DNA from: Okamejei kenojei | Taxonomy: Eukaryota | Length of the DNA: 64,000 bases | Reading direction: 5' to 3' | Assembly: GCA_035221665.1 (NCBI GenBank) | Contig: CM069174.1 | Coordinates: 3,162,001-3,226,000, forward strand | In this document: piece after piece, positions 1 through 11,484 of the stretch | How the letters are laid out: each line of letters opens with the position of its first letter | How positions within the stretch are numbered: the stretch's first letter is position 1 | Notes under the pieces: model-generated | Seen by the model: only the letters and a program-made list of their open reading frames with translations | Database searches by the model: none | Told to the model about the DNA's origin: nothing | Program-made: the position numbers and the translations under genes

Positions 1-37
1 TCGGGCCGAAACCCTTCTTCAAACTCAAGTCTATGTA

Positions 38-270
38 GTTCAGAGTTTATTTGAGGTTGTGGTGTTTAATAGCCTGATGGCTGTAGGGAAGAAGCTGTTC
101 CTGAACCTGGACGTTACAGTTTCCAGGCTCCTGTACCTTCTTCCTGATAGCAGGGGTGAGATGAGAGCGTGGCCAGGGTGGTGAGGGTCTCTGATGATGC
201 TGGCTGCCTTTTTGAGGCAGCGACTCCTGTAGATCCTTTCGATGGTGGGGAGGTCAGTACCTGCGATCCT
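38..270 (-). mobile_element. Rex1/Babar-type LINE 3' fragment
   Basis: Minus frame LPTIERIYRSRCLKKAASIIRDPHHPGH...SGRRYRS...RFRNSFFPTAIRLLN, typical of the Rex1-clade ORF C-terminus; related copies at ~40395-40640 and ~44500-44625. Confidence 0.75.
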
Positions 271-344
271 TCTTCTCGAGTCCACATCACAAGATTAGAT
301 ATTGTTCAGACAGAGCTGACCACATTTCTCGGCATCATCATTAC

Positions 345-620
345 CGTTCCTGCCTTCTCCCCATATCCCTTGCCTCCGCTGTCTTTAAGAGCCCTATCTA
401 GCTCTCTCTTGAAAGTATCCGGAGAACCGGCCTCCACCGCCCTCTGAGGCAGAGAATTCCACAGACTCATAACTCTCTGTGAGAAAAAGTGTTTCCTCAT
501 CTCCGTTCTAAATGGCTTACCCCCTATTCTTAAACAGTGGTTCTCTAGTGCTCGACTCCCCCAACATCGAGAACATGTTTCCTGCCTCTAGCGTGTCCAA
601 ACCCTTAATAATCTTAGAAT
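345..620 (-). mobile_element. CR1 LINE 3' fragment
   Basis: Minus frame RKHFFSQRVMSLWNSLPQRAVEAGS...FKRELD, the CR1 ORF2 C-terminal motif. Confidence 0.85.
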
Positions 621-1215
621 ATTAGAGTAGAATAGCAGTGCTAAGGCAATGGAACGTAGGGTCTGTGGGCGAGCACTCCATCTTGTGTTGGTGAGCTTAC
701 TAACAACATTGTTGCGGGCGCTCACTTTCGCCTCCGTCTTGAAGGTTAAGCCCCTGTCCCACTGTACGAGGTAATTCACGAGTTCTCCCGAGTTTTCCCC
801 TGGTTCGAACTCGGAGAATGTCCGTAGCGGGTCCGTAGGAGTTCGTGGATGTCTAGGTAGCGGCTCGTAATGCTAACGGTAGGTATAAAAAGCAACAATT
901 TTTTCATCACAAATATTTTTTTTACTCATGGACATTTTTTTGCAGGGATGAAAAAACTCACGAGTTTACCAGATGTCCCCGAGTACCTACCGTTAGCATT
1001 ACGAGCCGCTACGAGACACCCACGAACTCCTGCGAACATTCTCCGAGTTCGAATTGGGGGAAAACTCGGGAGAACTCGTGAATTACCTCGTACAGTGGGA
1101 CAGGGGCTTAAGACATCGGTCAAGGGTTACACCAAGGGTGACCGGATGCTCACAGTGCTCCAATATTTGTTCCAGACCAGTTCACCTGAAGTTGTCTCTT
1201 GGCCATCAGTGTAGA
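620..1215 (-). mobile_element. Vingi/Ingi-like (I-group) LINE fragment, interrupted by a MITE
   Basis: Joining across the MITE gives LEHCEHPVTLGVTLDRCLTFK...KVSARNNVVSKLTNTRWSARPQTLRSIALAL..YS, a post-RT region I recognise from Vingi/Ingi elements. Confidence 0.6.
749..1108. mobile_element. Non-autonomous DNA transposon (MITE), PIF/Harbinger-like
   Basis: ~135-bp imperfect terminal inverted repeats AGCCCCTGTCCCACTGTACGAGGTAATTCACGAGTTCTCCCGAG.../...CTCGTACAGTGGGACAGGGGCT, flanked by TTA/TAA. Confidence 0.8.
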
Positions 1216-2135
1216 TGTCGAAGGGGAAGGGAGCAAACACGCTCACTTGGGTGAGACCATTCTTCAGTACCAGGCCTTGTCCACCACCGTATGTTCCTTG
1301 TCTCTACAGTAAGATCACATGGCTCATCTCATTACGATTGGAAAAGCCGCAAGGCCGATGGAAGCAGTCTTTTGTCTGGGATGTGAAATTTGCCAAATTT
1401 ACACTTAAATCTGGCGTGTGCTGAAGCAACTTTAAACACCATCATAATTTGCAGTTAATTGATTTTCTCGGTCTTAAGAAGAAACTCAATGACCTTTGAA
1501 GTGCCGGCCTCCTCTCCTTCCTGCAGCAACAACCCCCACCTTATCCAAGGCCCACGACAAGTGTAAACTCAAACATATTTATTCACTCAGCTTGCTTGCA
1601 AGCAGGCTGGAACATTGCAATGCAGCCTCCATGCAGCCACTAACTTATGCAACCAAAGTATGCACCTAATCAACTAATTGCCTTCCCTTCAACAGCCTTC
1701 CTGATTTTTCAGTCGGCAGCCAGAATTAACAGGGTGTGTCGTGAGCCACATCTTGTTTCAGTCTGCAGAAATGTGCTTCCCACCAGAGCTCTGACCAGCA
1801 ATAACTTGAAGTCTTTTGATACTTATCCTTTGCAACCCCCTTTTAATTAGAAACCCATTATTTTCCAGAGTAGGGGGATTGTTTACGAGGCTGGAAAACA
1901 TGATTGGGAGGGGTTTCAACATGATGGCACGATCTGATATTTTCTCGTTAGTCACACGCACGCAGCCTGCTGCTTGCAACATTTTCCATGCACATTGGGA
2001 GGATTAGCTGTCTGCCTGGAAGACTGATTGGTAAAGTATTGATTGCGACGTGCAAAATGTGTATTGATGAATCAGCTTTGAGTGGGAGCAGTGGCCGGGG
2101 AAACGACGGGAAGCAAGAAGGATTGAGCAAGGCAG

Positions 2136-2311
2136 ACACACACACACACCCACTCACACCCACTCACACTCACTCACACACCCACTCACATACACACTCA
2201 CGCTCACTCACACCCACTCACACTCACTCACACACACACACACACACACCCACTCACACTCACTCACACACACACACACACACCCTCTCTCACACTCACA
2301 CTCACACTCAC
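2136..2311. repeat. Compound (CA)/(CACT) microsatellite
   Basis: Direct reading. Confidence 0.95.
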
Positions 2312-2488
2312 AGGAATCCTGCTTCAGCAGCTCTGACTTTACACCATCTTATGCCCACCATATGGGTGGCACGTTGGCGCAGGGGTAGAGTTGCCGCCTC
2401 ACAGCGCCAGAGACCCGGGTTCCATCCTGACCGTGCATGCTGTCTGTACAGAGTATGAATGTCCTTCCTCAAATTAGGAGCCCAACAG

Positions 2489-2800
2489 GGCGGTCACGGT
2501 GGCACAGCGGTAGAGTTGCTGCCTTACAGCGAATGCAGAGCTGGAGACCCGGGTTCAATCCTGACTACAGGTGGTAGTTCAATCCTGACTACAGGTGTTT
2601 GTACGTTCTCCCACTGACCGCGTGGTTTTCTCCGGGTGCTCCCACACTCCAAAGACGTACAGGTTTGTAGGTTAATTGGCTTGGTATGAATGTAAAATTG
2701 TCCCTAGTGTGCGTAGAATAGTGTTAGTGTGCTGGGCGGTGCGGACTCGGTGGGCCGAAGGGCCTGTTTCCGTGCTGTATCTCCAAACTAGACTAAACAT
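2489..2800 (+). mobile_element. tRNA-derived V-SINE (HE1-like), variant with an extra ~9 nt in the head
   Basis: GGTGGCACAGCGG A-box-like head, GGTTCAATCC B-box, central CGTTCTCCC...CTCCCACACTCCAAAGAC domain, tail TGGGCCGAAGGGCCTGTTTCC..GCTGTATCTC(AAACT)n. Confidence 0.85.
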
Positions 2801-3149
2801 CTCCAGCCTGCGATTCCTTGCATGGCGTATGGTCCCTTTCGGTAGTGGGATGCAAGGTGGAACCAAAGGGCTGCTGTCCATTGCTGGAGGGAAGAAACAA
2901 AAGGAACGGCGAGCCAGAAAATTCCACAGCACAATTTCACTGGGGAGGCCTTCAACTCCACCACCTATTGTGTGAAAACACCACCCGCAGCACTTACGCA
3001 AAAACAGAGTGTCTGGTCCATACATCACAGTGTTTGTGAGGTCTTATCCTTCAAATAGTACAGCAGATCCTTCAGCCCCCAATGTCCATACCAACCAAAC
3101 ATGATGCCAGGTTGGCATGATGCCAAGAACTAATCTTCTCCTCAGCCTG

Positions 3150-3610
3150 CACGTAGAGGGATACAGCGTGGAAACAGGCCCTTCAGCCCAACTTGCCCAT
3201 GCCAGGCAACACGTCCCATCTACACTGGTCCCACCTGCCCATGCTTGTCCCATATCCCTCTAAACCTGTCCTATACAGGTACTTGCCCAAATGTACATAT
3301 AATGGTACAGATAATGTACATGTTATATATACATCTCGTACATATAATGGTAGTCCCTGCCTCGACTACCTCTTCTGGCAGATCGTTCCATACACCCACC
3401 ACCGTTTGTGTGGTAAAAAAAAGTTGCCCCTCAGGTTCCTATTAAATCATTCCCCTCCTCACCTTCAACCTATGTCCTCTGGTTCTCGAATTCCCCTACT
3501 CTGGGCAAGAGACTCTGTGCGTCTACCCGATCTATCCCTCTCATGAGTTTATGCACTTCCATAAGATCACCCCTCATCCTCCTGCGCTCCAAGGAATACA
3601 GTTCTAGTCT
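3150..3610 (-). mobile_element. CR1 LINE 3' end (subfamily sharing its terminus with the SINE)
   Basis: Minus strand ends TGGGCTGAAGGGCCTGTTTCCACGCTGTAT; upstream CR1-like coding remnants. Confidence 0.75.
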
Positions 3611-3689
3611 GTGGCTGGGATTTGGACTGCACTGCCTGCAGACATGGTGGAGGCCGGTTCAGTTGTGCACTTCATGAGGGGACTTTAGA

Positions 3690-3985
3690 CATTTACACCT
3701 TGGAGAAACAGCGCGGCAACAGGCCCTTTGGCCCACTGAGTCCGTGTCGACCAGCGATCACCCCGCACATTAGCACTACCACACACACACACACGCACAC
3801 ACACACACACACACACACAGGATAATTTACAATTTACAGAAGCCAATTAACCTACAAACTTGCACGTCTTTGGAGTGTGGGAGGAAACCGGAGCACCCGG
3901 AGAAAACGTACAAACTCCGCACAGACAGCACCCGTAGTCAGGGTCGAACCCGGGTCTCTGGCGCTGTGAGGCAGCAACTCTCCGC
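3690..3985 (-). mobile_element. V-SINE (HE1-like)
   Basis: Reverse complement of the SINE consensus with an internal (CA)n expansion. Confidence 0.85.
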
Positions 3986-4624
3986 TTGGTAGAAAAGAGC
4001 TTGGGGACAAATTGGCCTGTTCGAACTTCATTAAGAATGTTTTTTCCCACGATGCCGTCCGTTTCTCGATAACTGTATGGAGAAGAAACATTTGCAAGGC
4101 TACAGTGGGAGGGATGTGACTTGTGAGTTACTCTTGGGAGAGAGGGAGCTGAATGAACCATTCTCTGACTCTCCCATCAGTTGCTCCCATTTTTGAAAGT
4201 GCATGAAATGCAACAATATCATGTCTGCGTCTCTGTGCACATCAGCACGTCCCTTCCTCTTTAATTCGCTAATAATACATACACTCTGCCATTAACAACA
4301 TCTTTTTTAAGCTCGGTAGCTTTGTGACACTATTTTGCATCATTGGTGAATGCGGCATGATGGGAAAATAAAAGGATGTCATCAGTGGTACATATTAGTG
4401 GTTGACAGTGTCTTTTACTGGCAGAGAACCAATATATTGTTGCAAAGGTTCCTGAGTTAGAATGATGAAAGATTAATGGGTTGAATATTCAGAGTAAATC
4501 ACTTATCTCCCTCAGACACTTCACATTCTCTTTGTTCTTTCCAGCCCTTTCGTTAGATACTTGGAGTAGAAATAGTTGGGCCATTTCCAGTTTGGTGCTC
4601 AATTCCTGTTGTTCACAGTTGTTA

Positions 4625-4932
4625 GTTTACTTTAGTTCAGTTTAGAGATACAGCGCGGAAACAGCCCCTCGGCACACCGAATCCACGCCAACCAGCGACC
4701 CCCGCGCACTAACACTATCCTCCACACACTGGAGCATTTTTTGTTTTACACATCCACCAAGCCAATCTGCGCGTCTTTGGAGTGTGGGAGGAAACCGAAG
4801 ATCTCGCAGAAAACCCACGCGGGTCATGGGGAGAACGTACAAACTCCGCACAGGCAGCACCCGTAGTCGGGATCGAACCCGGGTCTCTGGCGCTGCAAGG
4901 CAGCAACTCTACCGCTGCGCCCCCGTGGCCGC
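4625..4932 (-). mobile_element. V-SINE (HE1-like), near full length
   Basis: Reverse complement of head, V-domain and (AAACT)n tail. Confidence 0.85.
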
Positions 4933-5854
4933 CTGTCGATATCAATGATTTTGATGAGGGGATCAATTGTATTATATCCAAGTCTTCCGATGATGCAAAA
5001 CTAATTCATTCTCAGTGTGAAAATGCAGAAAAGCTTCAGGAGGATGTTAGCAGTCGCACTGAATGGCGAATGGTATGGCAGGTGAAAGATCATCCAGTTT
5101 GATAGAAAACAAAGGAAAGCAAATAATTTAAAAAAAATAACGAGATAGGTGTTGGTATTCAGAGCGATGTGGGTATCCGAGTTCACAAATTGCGGAAGGT
5201 TTATGTGTAGGTTCAGCAAGCAATTAGGAAGGCAACTGGCATACTGACCTTTATTGGCCTCTGTTGTAAGACGATCTGAATACAAGAATAGACATGTCTT
5301 GCTCCAATTATGTCGGGCTCATGTGAGACTGCCTTATAGAATATCGTGCAGAGATTGTGTAGGGCGGCGCAGCGGTAGAGTTGCTGCCTCACAGCGCCAG
5401 AGACCCGAGTCGATCCCAACTTCGGGTGCTGTCTGTACGGAGTTTGTACGTTCTCCCCGTGACCTGCGTGGGTTTTCACCGGCTGCTCCGGTGCAGGTTT
5501 GCAGGTTAAATGGGCTTCTGTTAATTGTAAATTTGTCCCTAATGTGCAGGATGGTACATTGGCCTTTTTTGAACAAGGATNGAAACATTGAGTGCAAGAA
5601 GAGAGGTGTTTTTTGCCTTCTCTCCAGTTTTGGTGTGATATACTGGGAACAATGACCAGGCACACCTGGGATGATGTGCCTGTTGTGCACAAGGATTAAT
5701 GAGGGCGGCACTGAATACTCCAGTTTGGAAAACTGTGAGGTGATCTCATCAACATGCTTCACGAAGATTTACAAGGATTGGACTGGAGGGTATCAGCTAT
5801 AAGGAGAGGTTGAGTAGGCTGGGACTCTATTCCTTGGAGCGCAGGAGAATGAGG

Positions 5855-6680
5855 GGTGACATTTCACAGAGTGCTGGAGTGACTCAGCGGGTCAGGCAGC
5901 ATCTGTGGAGAACATGGATAGGTGACAATTCAGGTTGGGACCATTCTTTAGACTGGAGGAGGGTGGCAACCCGAAACGTCACCTATCCATGTTTTCCACA
6001 GATGCTGCCTGACCCGCTGAGTTACTCCAGCACTCTGTGAAACGTCACCTATCCATGTTCCCCACAGATGCTGCCTATCCATGACTCGCTGAGTTACTCC
6101 AGCACTCTGTGAAACATCACCTATCCATGTTCTCCACAGATGCTGCCTGACCCGCTGAGTTACTCCAGCACTCTGTGAAACGTCACCTATCCATGTTCTC
6201 CACAGATGCTGCCTGACCCGCTGAGTTACTCCAGCACTCTGGGAAATGTTACCTATCCATGTTCTCCACAGATGCTGCCTGACCCGCTGAGTTACTCCAG
6301 CACTCTGTGAAACGTCACCTATCCATGTTCTCCACAGATGCTGCCTGACCCGCTGAGTTACTCCAGCACTCTGTGAAACGTCACCTATCCATGTTCCCCA
6401 CAGATGCTGCCTGACCCGCTGAGTTACTCCAGCACTCTGTGGAAACGTCACCTATCCATGTTCTCCACAGATGCTGCCTGACCCGCTGAGTTACTCCAGC
6501 ACTCTGTGAAACGTCACCTATCCATGTTCTCCACAGATGCTGCCTGACCCGCTGAGTTACTCCAGCACTCTGTGAAACGTCACCTATCCATGTTCTCCAC
6601 AGATGCTGCCTGACCCGCTGAGTTACTCCGGTACTTTGTGTTTTTAATTGTAAAACAGCATCTGCACTTCCTTGTGTTGA
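5855..6680. repeat. Penelope-like terminal repeat, head-to-head, with ~10 copies of a 66-bp tandem unit
   Basis: Unit GAAACGTCACCTATCCATGTTCTCCACAGATGCTGCCTGACCCGCTGAGTTACTCCAGCACTCTGT repeated ~5973-6630; inverted copy 5855-5950. Confidence 0.9.
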
Positions 6681-9600
6681 CATAATAATTTTGCTGTCTG
6701 CCTTTACCATAGAGACAGTGGCAGATTTCAGAAGTGAATGACATTTGTGCTTTTATTCTGCATTTATTTGTATTGCAATGAAAACAAATGATTTAATGAT
6801 CTGTCATCATTGTTTGGATAATAAGTTATGATTTATTGAGTTTGCAACAAATGAGAACTTCTTAGCAAACGCTGAAGGATTGAACTACACACAGGTACAC
6901 ACTGTACACATCCAGTTATTTACAGAATACCACGTAGTCTTTATCAAAGAACTTGAGAAACAAGGAACTGCAGGTGCTGGTTTACACAAACGGACACAAA
7001 GAGATGGACCAGGCTGATCGAGCCTTCCGCGACGTCGAAGCTGCCGACGTCCACAGCCTCTCCCGAGAGCTCTTGCGAGCTCTTGATGGTAAGTCCGCAG
7101 GCCGCGGTTGGAGCGATCCCAGGCAAGGGATCGACTCCGATGTTAAGTCCGCGCCTCGGGGGTGGGGCTCAAGTCAGTCGAGGAGGCCCCCAGCTCCATC
7201 GATGGTAGGCCGCAGAGCGACCGGAGTTGCGACCCGGAAAATTAATCGCATCTCCAGCAAGGTAAGAAACTGAAATAAGCTTCCCCCGACCCCCTCCCCC
7301 TCCCCCACATAAGATAAACCGGAGAACATTAACACAGACTTTAAAAATTAAAGAAAATACGAAAAAAAAAAACAGACTGTCGGCGGGGCAGCCAATCGTT
7401 CGCCGCCCCTGGTGGGAAACAGTTAGACAGGGACTGGATAGGACAGGTTTGGAGGGATGTGGGCCAAACGCGAGCAGTTGGCACTAGTGTAGATGGGCAA
7501 GTTGGTCAGTGTGGGGAAGTTGGGCCGGAGGGCCTGTTTTCACGCTGTATCACTCTATGACTCTGACACCGCACAGTGAAAGTCTCTTTGCATAGCTTAC
7601 ACATGCACCAGTCACCATATTTTGCACGTTCTGCCGTGAACTGAGTGGGTTTCTCCGGGTGCTCCGGTTTCCTGCCGCATCCCAAAGACGTGCGGGTGTG
7701 TCGGTTAGTTGTCCCCCTGCAAATTGCCCCCGAACGAGAAAGTGATAGGGGCTGGGGTGAAGGATCTGGGCGAAGGACTCCGAAACTAAAGTATGCTACC
7801 TCAGAGGGTGAGGGCTTATTTCCTTCGCTCCGATCCGAAACGTCGCTTATTTCCTTCGCTCCATAGATGCTGCCTCACCCGCTGAGTTTCTCCAGCATTT
7901 TTGTCCACCTTCGATTTTCCAGCATCTGCAGTCCCTTCTTAAACAATAAGTTTCTACCTCACCTGGAGTGAGTGCAAATTCCGCACAACGGCAGCGGAGG
8001 TCGGGTCACTGGTGCTGTGAAGCTGCGGTAGAAGTGAGCGCTTCCAGCATTTTTCCTTCTTTTTATTTCAGTTTTCCAGCATCTGCAAGATCTTGCTTCT
8101 CAAAAGCGAAAATATTCAAAGCACGAACCAACTCCATTGAACTAATAACCATCGATGGCTTGATAACATTTATGACAGAATGTTACTTCCTCCAAAAATT
8201 ACTCTAATGAGCTTCCATTTACACAACTTAATTAGCCCAACACAATTAATGACTCCTAACACAGCTTTCATAAAGAAACAACCATTGATTTTCTTTCAAG
8301 AAACATGATTACTCCTGATTTAACAAAACATGTTGTCCAAAAATGGGTTGGGTTTCAAATCATTATTGTTGAGCTTTTCTTTGTTGCGCGCAGCTGAGAT
8401 CCTGGACGAAAAACATTGCTGGGATCGCTCAGCCCCATTCTGTTTCGTTGCACTTGGTTTTAGTTTTGGGATACAGTGCGGAAACAGGCCCTTCAGCCCG
8501 CCGGGTCCGCGCTGACCAGCGATCCCCACGTTATATCCCACACACGCTCGGGACAATTTAACATTTACACCAAGCCAGTGAACCTACACACCTGTGCGTC
8601 TTTGGAGTGTGTGGGAGGAAACCGAAGATAGAATCATAGAAACATAGAAAATAGGTGAAGGAGGACGCCATTCAGCCCTTCGAGCCAGCACCGCCATTCA
8701 TTGTGATCATGGCTGATCGTCCCCTATCAATAACCCGTGCCTGCCTTCTCCCCACATCCCTTGATTCCACTAGCCCCTAGAGCTCTATCCAACTCGCTCT
8801 TAAATCCATCCACTGCCCTCTGTCGCAGGGAATTCCATAAATTCACAACTCTCTGGGTGAAAACGTTTTTTCTCACCTCAGTCTTAAATGGCCTCCCCTT
8901 TATTCTAAGTTTGTGGCCCCTGGTTCTGGACTCGCCCAACATTGGGAACATTTCGGAGGAAAACCCACGCGGGTCACGGGGAGAACGTGCAGACTCCGTA
9001 CAGACGGCACCCATAGTGGGGATGGAACCCGTGTCTCTGTCGCTCTAAGGCAGCAACCCAACCGCTGCGCCACCGTGGCCGCCATGTTGGATACAAATGG
9101 ACAAGCAATCTGTGTGAGAGCAAGTCGGATCATCCCAATGAAGAGTTCTGAAAGCAATGAGCTAGGAGTCAATGTAGAATGGACAGCTTTACTCCAAATA
9201 TCTCCCTCAAGACAAAGCTGCAGTTCTGGAGTGAACGTAGAGCAAGATTTAATTGCTTGTCAATTCATCAACACTTGATTTGGGTTGCTGTAGAGCCATG
9301 GTTTACCTCAATCTTTTTCTGGTCAGCTTGTTTGATGGTTAATTATTGGTGCTAAGACATGGCGAAGAAGTCCTTTGAAGATATTTTTTGCGCACCTTCT
9401 CCGACCCCCTAATTCCCCCCCAAAAAATCTCTAAGCTTGTCCACTGCTTTCATTTTAGACCTTAGACTTTAGAAAGAGATCCTTCTGCCCACCGAGACCG
9501 CGCTAACCAGCCATTCATCACTGGTACTATCCCACACACTGGGGACAATTTACATTTACCAAGCCAATTAACCTACAAATCGGTACGTATTTGGAGTGTG

Positions 9601-10059
9601 GGAGGAAACCGGAGATCTCGGAGCAAACCCACGCAGGTCAAGGGGAGAAGGTACAAACTCTGTACAGACAGCACCTGTAGTCGGGATCGAACCCGGGTCT
9701 CTGGCGTCGTGAGGCAGCAACTCTACCCACCGCGCCACGACATTAACCTCTGTTCATTCTTTTGCATTCTTCACCTGACAGAAGGCGGGGGGACACAAAA
9801 GTGCTGGATTGACTCAGCAGGTCAGGCGGCAACTCTGGAGAAGGTGCAGACCTGACGTTTCGGGTCGAGGCCAGACACGGGATCGGTTTCACGTTTTATC
9901 CATAAAGATGGCATCTCTGGGTGCGATGATTGTGTGCTCAAGTTGGGGCTAGAACTCAACCTCAGGGGTACGTTGCAGCAACCCACACCAGGCACATAAA
10001 CACCCCGTGCAAAACATCCTGTGGCCAAGCTGACTTTGGTTTGTGTATACAATAGAAGA

Positions 10060-10502
10060 ATAATGGAGCAGCTGGGCTTGTATACTCTGGAGTTTAGAAG
10101 GATGAGAGGGGATCTTATTGAAACATATAAGATTATTAAGGGTTTGGACATGCTAGAGGCAGGAAATATGTTCCCGATGTTGGGGGAGTCCAGAACCAGG
10201 GGCCACACAGTTTAAGAATAAGGAGTAAGCCATTTAGAACGGAGACGAGGAAACACTTTTTCACCCAGAGAGTTGTGAGTCTGTGGAATTCTCTGCCTCA
10301 GAGGGCGGTGGAGGCCCGGTTCTCTGGATGCTTTCAAGAGAGAGCTAGATAGGGCTCTTGAAGATAGCGGAGTCAGGGGATATGGGGAGAAGGCAGGAAC
10401 GGGGTACTGATTGGGGATGATCAGCTATGATTATATTAACTGACGGTGCTGGCTCGAGGGGCCAAATGGCCTACTCCTGCACCTATTGTCTATTGTCTAT
10501 TG
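10060..10502 (+). mobile_element. CR1 LINE 3' end
   Basis: EQLGLYTLEFRRMRGDLIETYKIIKGLD...; (CTATTGT)n tail. Confidence 0.9.
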
Positions 10503-11169
10503 ATAAAACCACTGGATCCCCTATGTACAATCTTGAGATGATTCATAAGTTCATAAATGATAGGAGCAGAATTAGGCCATTCGGCCCATCAAGTCTACTC
10601 TGCCATTCAATCGTGGCTGATCTATCTCTCCCTCCTAACCGCATTCTCCCGCCATCTCCCCATAACCCCTGACACCTTTGTCATCAATCGCTACCTTAAA
10701 AATATCCATTGACTTGGCCTCCACAGCCGTCTGTGGCAATGAATTGCACAGATTCACCACCCTTTGAAAGCTAAACGCTTTCCTCAATTTGGAAAGATAA
10801 ATTAAAATTCTCCATAAGCATTTGGCATGATGATATCTGTGGGAAACCTATCTCAATATATTTGTTAGTGCAGTCATGGACACCAGCACTTTAAAAACAT
10901 ATCGAGCAATGCAATAAAAAATTAATTTTTCTCACACAGTGAAAATTATACCCCAGAGGACGTTTAAATGCAAATTCAACTGTATTCATACCATTTTAAA
11001 ACCAGATTTAGAATGAAATGGTGTCATGTCAGGAACAGTGGAAAAGTCGGGGATAAGAACAAGTTTCTTATCCCAGAAAGCAGAGCAGAGACTAAGTTTC
11101 ATCACGAGACGATCACAGGCAAATACTCTGAATGCTTTGCCATGTGGCTACTGACAAAAGGGCAGTAAC

Positions 11170-11480
11170 AGCAGAGGGGCAAATCGGATCAACGAGTGGT
11201 CTCGCCGATGTACAGGGGGCCACATCAGGAACTGGGAATGCAGTAGATGAGGGTAGAGGAGTTCAACGTGAACCTGTGTCTCACCTAGAAGGGTGCTTGT
11301 GTGGACTCCAGAGAGGCGGTGCAAGGCAGGTCTTGTATCTCCTGCGGTCACAAGGGAAGGAACCTGGGGAAGGGGTTTTTCGGGTGGGAAGGGACGAGTA
11401 AAAGCAAGGAGTAGCGAAGGGGGGGCGGTCTCTGTGGAAGGTGGAAAGGTGTGACTGGTGGCGGGATATCACTGGAGGTG
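11170..11480 (-). mobile_element. Penelope-like element fragment
   Basis: Minus frame PGSFPCDRRRYKTC, homologous to the Cys-rich segment upstream of the GIY-YIG domain in copies at 21970-22200. Confidence 0.6.
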
Positions 11481-11484
11481 ACAG

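Noticed and set aside
2489-2565. tRNA-like sequences with A/B boxes (many copies)
   Set aside because: They are SINE heads attached to the V-domain and tail, not tRNA genes
5948-6710. Repetitive ORFs (SQSAGVTQRVRQHLWRTWIGDV)n, also at 51531-52058 and 53363-53875; CRISPR-like appearance
   Set aside because: Translation of a 66-bp (3n) tandem unit; there are no unique spacers and no cas genes, and the DNA is eukaryotic
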